A DNA stretch of 64,000 nucleotides. It comes from Candidatus Poribacteria bacterium (GTDB taxonomy: Bacteria; Poribacteria; WGA-4E; WGA-3G). This document shows positions 30,387 to 40,935 of this stretch, piece by piece. A program made the translations under genes and the position numbers. The notes below the pieces were generated by a model. The model was given only the letters and a program-made list of their open reading frames with translations. It was not told where the DNA came from and made no database searches. Position 1 is the stretch's first letter. Each line of letters starts with the position of its first letter. The stretch lies in contig OZ242029.1 in assembly GCA_965205015.1 (NCBI GenBank), positions 2,624,001-2,688,000 on the forward strand. Direction: 5' to 3'.

Positions 30387-30649
30387 ACGTGTCTGAATGG
30401 GCATGCAAATTCTGCCCTAAGATTTATACATTAAGTATAATACATATTACAGGAAAAGTCAAGTGTTTTTGTCTTTTCTTGTAAATACGTTATTAGCTTG
30501 AAAATCGGAATCTGAGGAAGCGTAATGTGAGAGATTGCGGGGGACCAGAAAATGGTTTAAGCACGTTGCTATTGTCGGATTTCCCGAACCTCAGTATGTG
30601 CTGCGTATATGTGTTCTTAGATGAAAAAAATACAAAAAGGTTTAAGGAG

Positions 30650-30723
30650 TTGCAGGGGGGGGATTTGAACCCCCGTCCTCCGGGTTATGAGCCCGACGAG
30701 CTACCTGGCTGCTCTACCCTGCG
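30650..30723 (-). tRNA. tRNA-fMet (CAT, initiator)
   Basis: C1:A72 mismatch, GGG/CCC anticodon stem, CTCATAA loop. Confidence 0.93.
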
Positions 30724-30746
30724 GCAAGAATGATTATCCTAAATCA

Positions 30747-30832
30747 TGGTCGAGGAGGGACTTGAACCCTCACACCTTTTTACAGGCGACGGATTTTAAG
30801 TCCGTTGCGTCTACCGATTCCGCCACTCGACC
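30747..30832 (-). tRNA. tRNA-Leu (TAA)
   Basis: GGTCGAGTGGCGGAATCGGTAGACGC, anticodon loop CTTAAAA, long variable arm. Confidence 0.93.
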
Positions 30833-30918
30833 GCCAATACTTTAATAGTATACACCATCTCCTGATGTTTGTCAACTTTTTTTGACTTTTTTTTCCAAAT
30901 CGTTTATCATAAAGCATT

Positions 30919-31692
30919 ATGAAACACATTACACTCGCATCAGGACATGAAATCCCCATATTCGGTTTGGGAACTTGGCAACTCAAAGGTAGGCAGTGCG
31001 AACGCATCGTTAAGGAAGCCATCGCATTGGGCTATACACATATCGACACGGCATGGATGTACCAAAACCAGCGTGAGATCGGGAAAGCACTCCGAGACAT
31101 CCCTGTGGATCGCGAGGACATCTTTCTGACCACCAAAATTTGGGGCACCCATCTCAGACATGCCGAGGTTCTTTCGCAATTTGAGGAATGTCTCAACGAT
31201 TTGCAGATGGATTACGTCGATCTGTTACTGATTCACCATCCGAGCGATTCTGTTCCGGTTACCGAAACCTTTGAGGCTTTCCAGAAGCTTTACGAGGCGG
31301 GTCAAGTCAAAAGCATCGGTATCAGCAATTTTAGCATCGCTCAAGTCGAAGAGGCGTGTGAAGCCTCCGAGCTCCCGATTTGCACAAATCAGGTAGAATA
31401 CCATGTGCGCAGGAACCGATCAGAGTTGCGCGACTACTGCCAGGGGCGCGGTATTGTGATGACGGCACACCGTCCGCTTGCTGTTGGGGACCTTGCCGGT
31501 GATACAGTCCTGCGTGGTATTGGAGAGAATCACGGAAAGACTGCGGCACAGGTAGCGCTCCGGTGGTTGGTGCAGCAGGACATCATCACGATCCCTAAAT
31601 CGGGTTCGGTGCCGCATTTACGTGAGAATTTAGATGTTTTTGCATGGCAATTGACGGATGAAGAGATGCATAGACTTGATACCGAAATGTAG
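30919..31692 (+). CDS. Aldo/keto reductase (DkgA/B-like)
   Basis: GLGTW, IDTAWMY.N, DLLLIH, IGISNF and IPKS motifs. Confidence 0.92.
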   Translation: MKHITLASGHEIPIFGLGTWQLKGRQCERIVKEAIALGYTHIDTAWMYQNQREIGKALRDIPVDREDIFLTTKIWGTHLRHAEVLSQFEECLNDLQMDYVDLLLIHHPSDSVPVTETFEAFQKLYEAGQVKSIGISNFSIAQVEEACEASELPICTNQVEYHVRRNRSELRDYCQGRGIVMTAHRPLAVGDLAGDTVLRGIGENHGKTAAQVALRWLVQQDIITIPKSGSVPHLRENLDVFAWQLTDEEMHRLDTEM

Positions 31693-31703
31693 GGGCAGAC
31701 AGA

Positions 31704-32990
31704 ATGAAATTTGGACTGTTTTATGAACATCAGATTCCGCGTCCGTGGCACGATGGAGCAGAACATAAACTCTTTCAAGATGCGTTAGCGCAGGTAGAAC
31801 TGGCTGATAGACTTGGGTTTGATTATATTTGGGAGGTTGAACACCATTTCCTTGAGGAGTATTCGCACTCTTCAGCCCCAGAGGTCTTTCTCGCAGCGTG
31901 TAGCCAACGGACAACGCAGATTCGATTAGGACACGGAATTGTGTTGATGCCCCCGGCTTACAATCACCCGGCGCGCGTCGCCGAACGCATTGCCACGCTT
32001 GACCTCGTTTCAAATGGACGTGTAGAGTGGGGCACGGGGGAATCTGCCTCGCGTATGGAACTCGATGGGTTTAACGTCGATCCGAAATGTAAGCGCGAGA
32101 TGTGGGCGGAATGCACGCGTGAAACGGCGAAAATGATGAGCCAATCGCCTTACGCAGGGTATGACGGGCAGTATTTTTCGATGCCGACCCGCAACGTCGT
32201 TCCAAAACCGTTGCAGACCCCACACCCTCCCCCGTGGGTCGCCTGTTCCAGTCGTGATAGCCTGCGATACGCCGCCAGATACGGGCTTGGTGCGTTAACC
32301 TTTGCATTTGTCGATGCAAACGAAGCAAAATTCTGGGTGGAAGAGTATTATGAGATTTTTGAAAAGGAGTGTGAACCTTTGACGCAGCGGGTGAACCCGA
32401 ACATCGCCATGGTGTCAGGCTTTTCGTGCCATGACGATGAAGAGACTGCCATCGCCCGCGGTTTAGAGGGTTTGCGTTTCTTCCGATTTGGGCTCGCACA
32501 TTACTATCACAACGGCTCTCAAATACCGGGAGAAACGGATATTTGGCAGTTATATAAACAGACACCACAGGATCCAGCTGAAGGTAGAGCAGGGATCGGC
32601 ACACCAGACCAAGTCCGTGAACACTTAGAGATAATGGAAGACGCTGGCGTGGACCAAGTTGTCTTCATTCAGCAGGCTGGCGCGAACCGTCATGAGGATA
32701 TAATGGAATCGTTGGAACTGTTTGCTGAACGCGTACTCCCAGATTTTAAAGCGCGAGATGCAGGACACGTTGAGAAAAAAGATGAGCGGCTCGCTGCAGC
32801 GACCGAGAGAGCGGAAGAACGAAAACCGGCTTTAACATCCCTCAGCGAAATCCCAACCGTGGATTCCTATCCTGTTCTCAGGCGAAAATTAGAGGAGAAA
32901 ACGGAAGAAACCGATGCCAATGAGATGAGCGACGATGGCGAAAAGTTTTTGTTGTCAATTGAGGGCGGCAAGCGAATTTCTAACGATTGA
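31704..32990 (+). CDS. LLM-class (luciferase-like) flavin-dependent oxidoreductase
   Basis: WEVEHHF, HPARVAERIATLD.VS.GR and VVPKP.Q.PHPP motifs. Confidence 0.9.
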   Translation: MKFGLFYEHQIPRPWHDGAEHKLFQDALAQVELADRLGFDYIWEVEHHFLEEYSHSSAPEVFLAACSQRTTQIRLGHGIVLMPPAYNHPARVAERIATLDLVSNGRVEWGTGESASRMELDGFNVDPKCKREMWAECTRETAKMMSQSPYAGYDGQYFSMPTRNVVPKPLQTPHPPPWVACSSRDSLRYAARYGLGALTFAFVDANEAKFWVEEYYEIFEKECEPLTQRVNPNIAMVSGFSCHDDEETAIARGLEGLRFFRFGLAHYYHNGSQIPGETDIWQLYKQTPQDPAEGRAGIGTPDQVREHLEIMEDAGVDQVVFIQQAGANRHEDIMESLELFAERVLPDFKARDAGHVEKKDERLAAATERAEERKPALTSLSEIPTVDSYPVLRRKLEEKTEETDANEMSDDGEKFLLSIEGGKRISND

Positions 32991-33010
32991 ATCTGGTTAT
33001 GGTAAAAAAA

Positions 33011-34438
33011 ATGAAGAACGTATTGGTAATTGACGACGACGAAAAAATCTGTTGGGCATTCGAGCAATTCTTAGAAAGCGAAGGCTATCGTCCGAGTATT
33101 GCGAATAATGCTGAGGAAGGTTTACGCCGCATTGCAGCCGATAAGCCAGATGTCGTCTTACTTGATGTGAAATTGCCGGGGATGAGCGGTCTGGAGGCGT
33201 TAGGCGCGATTAAAGAGCACCACCCGTGGGTGATAGTGGTTATCATCACGGCGTATGACGATGTAGAGACAACAATAGAAGCGATGCGTTTGCAGGCGTT
33301 CGATTTCGTTCCAAAACCGATTGATCTGGATATCGTCAAGAGCGTCCTGGAGCGTGCTTTCCGGACACAATCCGTCCGAAGTGCTTTGCCTGTGGAAACA
33401 GCAGACGCATTGCCCTCTACGGAGATTGGTCACCGATTGGTTGGAAAAAGTAGCCAGATGCGCGAAATCTACAAACTCATCGGAATCATGGCAAGCAACA
33501 CAATGACTGTGCTGATCGAGGGCGAAACGGGAACAGGCAAAGATCTGGTTGCGCGTGCAATCCACACAGGTAGTCCACGGAAGGAGGCACCCTTCGTCCC
33601 TGTTGATTGTGGCGCTCTCCCTGATGAACTCTTAGAGAGCGAATTGTTTGGTTACGAAGCGGGAGCGTTCACGGGTGCGAAATCAGAAGGGAAACCCGGA
33701 CGATTTGAATTGGCGAATGGTGGCACGCTTTTTCTGGATGAAGTCAGCAATATGACCCCAACATTGCAGGTGAAGCTGCTTCGCGCTTTGCAAACACAAG
33801 AGATTGAGCGGTTGGGTGGCACGCGACAGCTTAAGGTAGATGTCCGTGTCATTGCTGCCACGAATCAGGAACTCAGTGAGATGGTGAAACGAGGGCAGTT
33901 TCGCGAGGATCTCTACTACCGTTTCAAGCGCATCGCGCTTCATCTTCCCCCGTTACGGGAACGTCAAGAGGACATTCCGCTACTGATTACACATTTCCTG
34001 AAACTCGCTCAGGAGGAACTCGGTAAACCCATTTGGGGCATCTCTGAAGAAGGGATGAAATTGCTACAAGACTACCCCTGGCCCGGCAACGTTCGAGAGT
34101 TGGAAAACTGCCTTAGAAGTGCGGCGACGCTTTGTCGGGCAGATGTGATTCTTCCTGATGATCTGCCGTTAGAAATTCGGACAGGACATCGGATGGATTC
34201 TACCAGTACCTCACAACTGGAAGTATCCCTAAAATCTGTTTTACAAGACATTACAAAAGAGGCTATCACGCAAAAGAAACGGGGACTTTACGAGGAGGTT
34301 GTCGCTCTGTTAGATAAAGCACTTATTGAACTGATATTAGATGAATTTTCGGGTAACCACAGTAAAACAGCGGAATTGCTCGGGATGAGCCGAACGACCC
34401 TTTTAAAAAAGATTAAACAGAGGGATAACGGGCAATAG
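33011..34438 (+). CDS. Sigma-54-dependent response regulator (NtrC/AtoC family)
   Basis: REC domain (IDDD, LLDVKLP); [14 protein letters not shown] and [10 protein letters not shown] motifs; Fis-type HTH. Confidence 0.93.
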   Translation: MKNVLVIDDDEKICWAFEQFLESEGYRPSIANNAEEGLRRIAADKPDVVLLDVKLPGMSGLEALGAIKEHHPWVIVVIITAYDDVETTIEAMRLQAFDFVPKPIDLDIVKSVLERAFRTQSVRSALPVETADALPSTEIGHRLVGKSSQMREIYKLIGIMASNTMTVLIEGETGTGKDLVARAIHTGSPRKEAPFVPVDCGALPDELLESELFGYEAGAFTGAKSEGKPGRFELANGGTLFLDEVSNMTPTLQVKLLRALQTQEIERLGGTRQLKVDVRVIAATNQELSEMVKRGQFREDLYYRFKRIALHLPPLRERQEDIPLLITHFLKLAQEELGKPIWGISEEGMKLLQDYPWPGNVRELENCLRSAATLCRADVILPDDLPLEIRTGHRMDSTSTSQLEVSLKSVLQDITKEAITQKKRGLYEEVVALLDKALIELILDEFSGNHSKTAELLGMSRTTLLKKIKQRDNGQ

Positions 34439-34477
34439 ATAGAAGCGATTTCTCGATCGCGATAGGAAGTCAACATC

Positions 34478-35194
34478 ATGCAGCCTTGGATTCGGATTGC
34501 ACACCGGGGGGCATCGGGAAGTGCCCCAGAAAATACAATCGCGGCATTCAAAAAGGCGATCGAAATTGGTGTGGATGCGGTTGAGCTTGATTTACACGGG
34601 ACCGCTGATGGTGAGGTCGTCGTGATACACGACGCGTCTTTAGATCGAACGACAAATCAGTGTGGACGTGTCAATCAAACCACTTTAGAAACGATTCAAC
34701 GTGCTGATGCTGGCGGGTGGTTCGCCCCCGAATTTGTTGGTGAACCTGTGCCGACGCTTGTAGAGGCACTGGAATGCATCGCAAAGAAAACAATTGCCGT
34801 TTTAGAAATTAAAGACCCTTTGATAGCGGAGGCAGTCGTTGCCGGAATCCGCGAGACCCAGACACAAGATCTCACCGTTATTATCTCCTTCCATATCCCC
34901 GTTTTAGAGACTGTTCGTTCGTTAGAGCCGCGCATTCCAACGGGATGGCTCATCGGAAATCACGGCAGCCCTGCCTCTCCTGTAGAATTGTGCCAGCAAC
35001 TGGGGCAACTCGGCAGCAACCTACTGAACGTCAATCACCAACTGATTACAGCGGAATTCGCTTACGAAGTCCAACGACGCGGTATTGCACTCTGGTGTTG
35101 GACTGTCGACGATGTCGTCCGTATGCGCGAAATGAAGGCATTCGGCGTACAAGGTATCACCTCAAATTGCCCTGAACATTTTGCCAAGGTTTAG
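34478..35194 (+). CDS. Glycerophosphodiester phosphodiesterase
   Basis: IAHRGAS..APENT, VELD, HD..LDRTT and WTVD motifs. Confidence 0.92.
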   Translation: MQPWIRIAHRGASGSAPENTIAAFKKAIEIGVDAVELDLHGTADGEVVVIHDASLDRTTNQCGRVNQTTLETIQRADAGGWFAPEFVGEPVPTLVEALECIAKKTIAVLEIKDPLIAEAVVAGIRETQTQDLTVIISFHIPVLETVRSLEPRIPTGWLIGNHGSPASPVELCQQLGQLGSNLLNVNHQLITAEFAYEVQRRGIALWCWTVDDVVRMREMKAFGVQGITSNCPEHFAKV

Positions 35195-35225
35195 TCCGTC
35201 ATGGGAGTTGAACACTGATACGTGG

Positions 35226-36860
35226 CTATTGCACTCGGATGATTCGGCGTCCTGTGAAAGTTTGACCAAACATGTCAGTTGTACGGACGTGAATAACGTG
35301 CGTTCCTTTGCGGGCATTCGCTGGGAGTTTTGCTTGCCAGATATGCGATGATTTTGTAATCCCGCTCAGTGGACGTCCCCTTTGGGGTAGTTCGCCATTT
35401 TCCTTCAACTCTGACTTGATTGTTTCTCGAAGGGCGATATGCAGTTTCTGCTCAAGGTGGTTCGTATCGTCTCGTGCCTTAAGTGCTTTATAGTATGGGT
35501 CTTCCTGAGGCATATAGGTCATCGGGATCCATTCTCCGGCTTCGTCCAGACGGAACTCAACCGTTGAGCGTTTGGTGCCTCCAAAAACGTTAACGATGAC
35601 ATCTGTTGTGCCGGTGTCTGTAGAGACGACTTCCCAAGGTGCCCATATATTCATCTGATAATCCGCTGGACGACGGGCGGCTTTAAACCGGATCGAATAT
35701 TGATTTCCACTGAATGTGAAAATGCCATATCCGTTTGGGGCACCATCTCGCATGGTTGTGTGGGGAATACCGATTTCATCAAGCGTACCCCGCCACCAAC
35801 TGCCTGATGTGGTCGCGTGATTGTGGTGATGATGTGGGGCATCTCCATGCCAACCGTGGTCCGGTCCGACGAAATCATCTCGTTGGAAGTGCGTGTGTGC
35901 TGACAGGGATAACGTGTAGGGTCGATCGCCGAGTAGGTTCATCAATTGCTTCACATCACGCATCTCAGTCAACGGGATATGTAGGGATACAACAACGAGC
36001 TGCTCTTTCGGTACGAAAGCGAGGTCGTTTCGAATGAACGTCAGCTGCCGTTCTCCGACCTCACTCAAATAGCGAGGCTTATCCTCCTCATCGCGGTGAA
36101 AATACACGTTGTCGATGTTGATGAAATGAACGGGTCCCCAATCAAATGAATAACACGCGGGTCCATAAACACGTTCGAAGGTCTCATCAGCGTACCGGTC
36201 ATCCGTAGCAAGGAAATTCATATCGTGGTTACCGTGGACGTTGTACCAGGGTATTCCGACGGTAGCCATCACTTCGTTGAGTGGGTGGAATAGGTTTAGA
36301 TCGTCACCCACCAAATCGCCAAGGCTGAGTCCGAACACTGCATCAATGCCAATAACTTCTTCAATCACATCATGTGCTAACCACTCAATCTCTTGCATAT
36401 TATAGGGTTGTGTATCCCCGAAGACAAGGACCTTGAAGGTATCCGCCTCAGGCTGTTCAGTGAGTGGAAAATCAACCGATTCTGGTAATGGACCGGTGGG
36501 TCCGATGCCTGCGTACTTGAGTCCTTCAGGTGAACCGTGCGGTTTGTGAATGTAATAAAACCGCGGGAGACGATTTTCATCAACGGGTGTCATAAACCCG
36601 CGAGGCTTAATAACAAAAAGAATAGTGTCATCGCTGACTGGGAGTGAATAGTGTCCATTGGCATCGGTCTTTACAATATCCTGCCCGTTTGAAACGCGAA
36701 CCCCAGGCACCCCTTTCTCGGTATCGTCCTTCACCTGATTTCTGTTTGTATCCAGAAATACAGTGCCAGTTGCTGTTAAATTTGCTGCGACACTGGTTCC
36801 AATCCAGCAAAAAATTAAGATGACGATTAAAACCACACGATTCCATTGCTTGTAAATCAT
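35226..36860 (-). CDS. Secreted calcineurin-like metallophosphoesterase with N- and C-terminal accessory domains
   Basis: Signal peptide; GVRVSNG, GDTQ, LGDLV, GNHD and AHTH motifs. Confidence 0.88.
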   Translation of the reverse strand: MIYKQWNRVVLIVILIFCWIGTSVAANLTATGTVFLDTNRNQVKDDTEKGVPGVRVSNGQDIVKTDANGHYSLPVSDDTILFVIKPRGFMTPVDENRLPRFYYIHKPHGSPEGLKYAGIGPTGPLPESVDFPLTEQPEADTFKVLVFGDTQPYNMQEIEWLAHDVIEEVIGIDAVFGLSLGDLVGDDLNLFHPLNEVMATVGIPWYNVHGNHDMNFLATDDRYADETFERVYGPACYSFDWGPVHFINIDNVYFHRDEEDKPRYLSEVGERQLTFIRNDLAFVPKEQLVVVSLHIPLTEMRDVKQLMNLLGDRPYTLSLSAHTHFQRDDFVGPDHGWHGDAPHHHHNHATTSGSWWRGTLDEIGIPHTTMRDGAPNGYGIFTFSGNQYSIRFKAARRPADYQMNIWAPWEVVSTDTGTTDVIVNVFGGTKRSTVEFRLDEAGEWIPMTYMPQEDPYYKALKARDDTNHLEQKLHIALRETIKSELKENGELPQRGRPLSGITKSSHIWQAKLPANARKGTHVIHVRTTDMFGQTFTGRRIIRVQ

Positions 36861-36982
36861 ACAAATCCCCTTTTGGTATCAGCGCATTGCGTGATGTTTT
36901 TTGATAGACTTCATTATTATAACATACAGGCGTTACAGAGTGCTAACATTTCCGTGGCATTTTCGTAAATATCATCATATCT

Positions 36983-38350
36983 TTATCTCCTCTGCCAAAA
37001 AGCAAACGCAATATACACAAGAATTGGGTAAGACAACAACGCTGTTGACCAAGCGATTCCCTCTAATCCCCAATACTGCATGAAGAACCAATTGAGAACG
37101 GGGTTTAGGATTAGCCTGATAAGTGTTGCTGTGACAACGGTCGGGTGTGCCTGGCGTGCGAGATGTGCACGGATTAGTACGCGACTGATTAAACGTGGGA
37201 GCATCCCGAGTAGGTAGATACCCAGCAACGCAGCGATATGCGCCTGTCCTGCCTCGGACAATTCGCCGTGTCCATATAACAGTGTAACAATGTCCACTCG
37301 GAAAAGGTAAAAGCCTATCAGGAACGGGACCATCAAGATGAGTAGTACAACGACGCTTCGCCAGACACTTCGCTGTAACTGGGTCCCATTAGGAGGAACC
37401 TCCGATTCCCGACCTGTTTTTAAACCCTTCTCGGCTTGCGAATCGGCGGACGATATCCTTGCCCAATGCGAAAGTAAAACTGGAAGCGTTACACCCGTGA
37501 GTGTTTCAGGGATTGCACACAGACGGAGTGCATAATCTAATTTGGAGACGGAACTTGCTCCCAATGAACTTGCCATACCTCTGTCGACGACTGGGTTTAA
37601 CCCGTCTGAGATCGCTGCGCCCATCATCAGCAGACATTGCCGCAGGAATTGCGTTGTGTACGATGTTTTCTGCCAATTGCGTTTAAGATGACGGACGGGT
37701 AAATTTAGGACAGCGCAGCATCGCCGAAACAGGACAATCAGTTGAAACAGTTCACCCATAATCAAGGCAAGTGGAATGCTCAACCACATCAGAAACGGCT
37801 TGCAGAGGTATATCACACCGATGACAAGGATAGCACGGAGTCCCTGTACAATGACCGGTAGGTGAAACGCTTGGTAGGTGTCTAAGATCGCCTTAAGCAT
37901 CCAGCGAGCTGCGGCGATAATCGCAAAACACAGAAATCCACCCACGATGCCGATTGTCGTAGACGGTGGAAGCCCCGCGCTCGGTAAAAACAGTTGGGAA
38001 ATCAACCATGAAAGGAGGACGAGGAGGCAGCAGAGTCCCGGCATGAAGAGGATATATAGGGAAAAGATCGATTGTACACACTGTTGTGCCTCGGTCTCGC
38101 CTTTCGCACGAGCTTCCGCTAACATCGGGACGAGGACAGAATAGGCGGAAGCGGCACTGAGCAATTCAATCAGGAATACGGCGATGCCCCAGTAATAGTA
38201 GATAAAATCCATCTCTGCCGGGTCGCCGAACCAGTTGGCGAGAACAACGTAGATAAGAAGGGTTCCCGCACGTCCAATCAGACTCAGCGGTGTCAGAATA
38301 AGGACGTTCTTGAGGAGAGAGGCTTCGGATTGGGAGGCATGAGTGGACAT
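36983..38350 (-). CDS. MurJ/MviN-like (MOP superfamily) flippase
   Basis: About 12 TM; VDRGMAS.LG..SVS.LDYA.RL...P and IV.LLYGHG motifs. Confidence 0.8.
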   Translation of the reverse strand: MSTHASQSEASLLKNVLILTPLSLIGRAGTLLIYVVLANWFGDPAEMDFIYYYWGIAVFLIELLSAASAYSVLVPMLAEARAKGETEAQQCVQSIFSLYILFMPGLCCLLVLLSWLISQLFLPSAGLPPSTTIGIVGGFLCFAIIAAARWMLKAILDTYQAFHLPVIVQGLRAILVIGVIYLCKPFLMWLSIPLALIMGELFQLIVLFRRCCAVLNLPVRHLKRNWQKTSYTTQFLRQCLLMMGAAISDGLNPVVDRGMASSLGASSVSKLDYALRLCAIPETLTGVTLPVLLSHWARISSADSQAEKGLKTGRESEVPPNGTQLQRSVWRSVVVLLILMVPFLIGFYLFRVDIVTLLYGHGELSEAGQAHIAALLGIYLLGMLPRLISRVLIRAHLARQAHPTVVTATLIRLILNPVLNWFFMQYWGLEGIAWSTALLSYPILVYIAFAFWQRR

Positions 38351-38379
38351 GACGCAATTGAGGAAAGGCGTAAACGAAA

Positions 38380-39642
38380 CTACTCACGCACTTGACCGTC
38401 TCCGTAGACGATATACTTGTAAGTCGTCAGTCCTTCAAGTCCCATCGGTCCCCGGGAGTGGAGTTTTTGTGTGCTAATTCCGACCTCGGCACCTAATCCA
38501 AATTCATAGCCGTCCGTGAAGACGGTGCTTGCATTGACATAAACTGCGGCGGAGTCCACCTCTTTGAGAAACCGTTGCGCTGCGCTGTAACTTTCGGTGA
38601 TAATCGCATCGGAATGATGCGAACCGTAGGTTTCAATGTGGTCAATGGCGGTGTCCATGTCATCTACAACTCGAACGGATAAGATATAATCGAGGTATTC
38701 TGTCCGCCAGTCTTCTTCGGTTACGGGTTTCGCGGCGGGGTAAATCTGCTGTGTGCGTTCACACCCACGGATTTCAACATCCGCACCTTGCAACTTGTCA
38801 CAGAGAATGGGAAGGAAAGCCTCGGCAGCATCGGTATGGACGAGGAGTGTCTCTACGGCGTTGCAGACAGCAACCTTATAGCCAACTTTCGCATTCATGC
38901 AGATCTTGGTTGCCATATCAAGGTCGGCGGCTTCGTCAACGTAGATATGACAGATACCGTCGGCGTGTCCTAACACCGGAACATCGGATTTTTTCATCAA
39001 AAACTGGACGAATTCGTTGCTACCGCGTGGAATAATGAGATCAACGTCGTCTGGCAGTCGGATGAGTTCATACACCGCTTGTCGGTCGGTCGTGTTAACG
39101 AACTGAATGGCATCTGGCACACCTTCTGCGGTCGCTGTCTTGCTGAGGATATCCGCGAGTGTGGCGTTGGAGTGAATGGCTTCGGAGCCGCCTCGGAGGA
39201 TAACCCCGTTTCCGGACTTTATACAGAGTGCTGATACCTCAACAGTAACGTCGGGACGCGACTCATATACCACGGCGACAACACCGATAGGGACACGGAC
39301 TGTGCCGATTTTGAGCCCGTTGGGACGTTCCCCCATACTGATGACCGCGCCGATCGGATCCGGAAGTGCGGCAACTTGACGGAGATTGTCCACCATCCGT
39401 TCAATTTTCTGGTCGTCGAGTAGGAGACGTTGCATCAGTGGGGCAGCGAGTCCGGTTTTTTCCCCTTTTTCGAGATCAATACGATTCGCTTCCTGAATTT
39501 TGTCTTTCGAATCCTGCAGGCTTTCAGCCATCGCTAAAAGGGCGTGATTTCGGACATCGGCGGAACTTCGTGATAAAACACGCATCGCCGATTTCGCCTT
39601 TCGTGCTTGTGATTGGATCAATTCTTGGATGTTTTGGTTCAT
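38380..39642 (-). CDS. proA: Gamma-glutamyl phosphate reductase
   Basis: YESRP.VT, CNAVETLL and GAEVGISTQKLHSRGPMGL motifs. Confidence 0.96.
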   Translation of the reverse strand: MNQNIQELIQSQARKAKSAMRVLSRSSADVRNHALLAMAESLQDSKDKIQEANRIDLEKGEKTGLAAPLMQRLLLDDQKIERMVDNLRQVAALPDPIGAVISMGERPNGLKIGTVRVPIGVVAVVYESRPDVTVEVSALCIKSGNGVILRGGSEAIHSNATLADILSKTATAEGVPDAIQFVNTTDRQAVYELIRLPDDVDLIIPRGSNEFVQFLMKKSDVPVLGHADGICHIYVDEAADLDMATKICMNAKVGYKVAVCNAVETLLVHTDAAEAFLPILCDKLQGADVEIRGCERTQQIYPAAKPVTEEDWRTEYLDYILSVRVVDDMDTAIDHIETYGSHHSDAIITESYSAAQRFLKEVDSAAVYVNASTVFTDGYEFGLGAEVGISTQKLHSRGPMGLEGLTTYKYIVYGDGQVRE

Positions 39643-39771
39643 ATTTAATAATTATTCCTTTAAATAAAAGGTTGTAATAAACACAGATTTCAGTATTCTA
39701 ACATACCGCTTGGAAAATTTTCAAGGCAGTTTAAAAATCCGATTTTCACCGGTCCTGTTTGGGAAATGGTA

Positions 39772-40935
39772 TCAGTCGAGTAATACCAAATTGTCTCGGT
39801 GTATGATTTCATCGTAATCACGGTAGCCGAGAATATTCTCAATATGTTTCGTATGTTTTCCTGCGAGTTTGGCAGTTTCTACGGCATTATAGTTTACCAA
39901 ACCGCGTGCGAATTCCGTGCCGTTTTCGGTGAGACACGAGACCGTATCGCTATAGTCAAAATTACCTTCAACGCGTCGGATGCCAGCAGGGAGTAGGCTT
40001 TTACCGCCTTGCACGAGGGCGTCCCGTGCGCCGTTATCCACGAAAAGTCTGCCTTTCGGTGGACGCGAATAGGCGATCCACCGTTTTCTTCCGGAGATGC
40101 GGGAGTTTGGGAGGAATAACGTTCCAAGAAGCTCACCTTTCAAGAGTCTCGTTACGACAAGGGGTTCCCGTCCGTGTGCCATTACCATCATCTCTCCGGA
40201 CCCGGTGACGATATCAGCGGCTTGCAATTTCGTCACCATCCCGCCAGTTCCACTCGTTGTGCCAGCGTGTCCTGCGGCTTCCCAAATTCCCTCTGAGAGG
40301 GTCGTAACGGTGTGTATCAATTCCGAGTTCGGATCGTGTCTGGGGTCTGCGGTGTAAAAACCAGCCTGATCTGAAAGGATAACGAGGAGTTGTGCTTGGG
40401 CGAGATTCGTTACGTAAGCAGAGAGGGTATCGTTATCACCGACCCGAATTTCGTCCACGGCGACGGTGTCGTTTTCGTTGATAATTGGGATCACACCGAG
40501 ATGTAGGAGGGCGCGGAGGGTATCGTTCATGCGGGTGTAGCGTTCCCGATTGGAGAAATCGTCGCGTGTGAGGAGCATGAGTGCGGCCTGTTGTCCGTAG
40601 TTACGAAATAGCGACTCATAAACTGCCATCAACTGGATCTGTCCAACAGCAGCGGCGGCTTGTAAGCGCGGTAGCGTCTGCGGACGTTGTTTCAGCCCGA
40701 GTTGGGGCCAACCCGCGGCGATTGCGCCGGATGTGACGAGAATAACCTCCACACCGTCCTCTTTAACGAGTGCTAAATCGTGGACGAGCCCATGGAGTGC
40801 ATCTTCGTTGAGGTGTGCGCCTTCCGAGATGGTGCTGCTACCAACCTTTACGACAATGCGCCTCACGTCTGCTAAGGCAGCACGCTGTTCAGTGGGATTG
40901 CATGGCTCGTGGGCTATAGGTGAACTCAAATTCAT
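39772..40935 (-). CDS. proB: Glutamate 5-kinase with PUA domain
   Basis: VVKVGSS, INENDTV, GDNDTLSA, GTGGM.TK and SLLPAGI motifs; start uncertain (47-nt overlap with obgE). Confidence 0.94.
   Translation of the reverse strand: MNLSSPIAHEPCNPTEQRAALADVRRIVVKVGSSTISEGAHLNEDALHGLVHDLALVKEDGVEVILVTSGAIAAGWPQLGLKQRPQTLPRLQAAAAVGQIQLMAVYESLFRNYGQQAALMLLTRDDFSNRERYTRMNDTLRALLHLGVIPIINENDTVAVDEIRVGDNDTLSAYVTNLAQAQLLVILSDQAGFYTADPRHDPNSELIHTVTTLSEGIWEAAGHAGTTSGTGGMVTKLQAADIVTGSGEMMVMAHGREPLVVTRLLKGELLGTLFLPNSRISGRKRWIAYSRPPKGRLFVDNGARDALVQGGKSLLPAGIRRVEGNFDYSDTVSCLTENGTEFARGLVNYNAVETAKLAGKHTKHIENILGYRDYDEIIHRDNLVLLD

Noticed and set aside
30313-30832. tRNA cluster as an integration site for an island or prophage
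   Set aside because: No integrase, no duplicated tRNA 3' end, and housekeeping genes on the flank.
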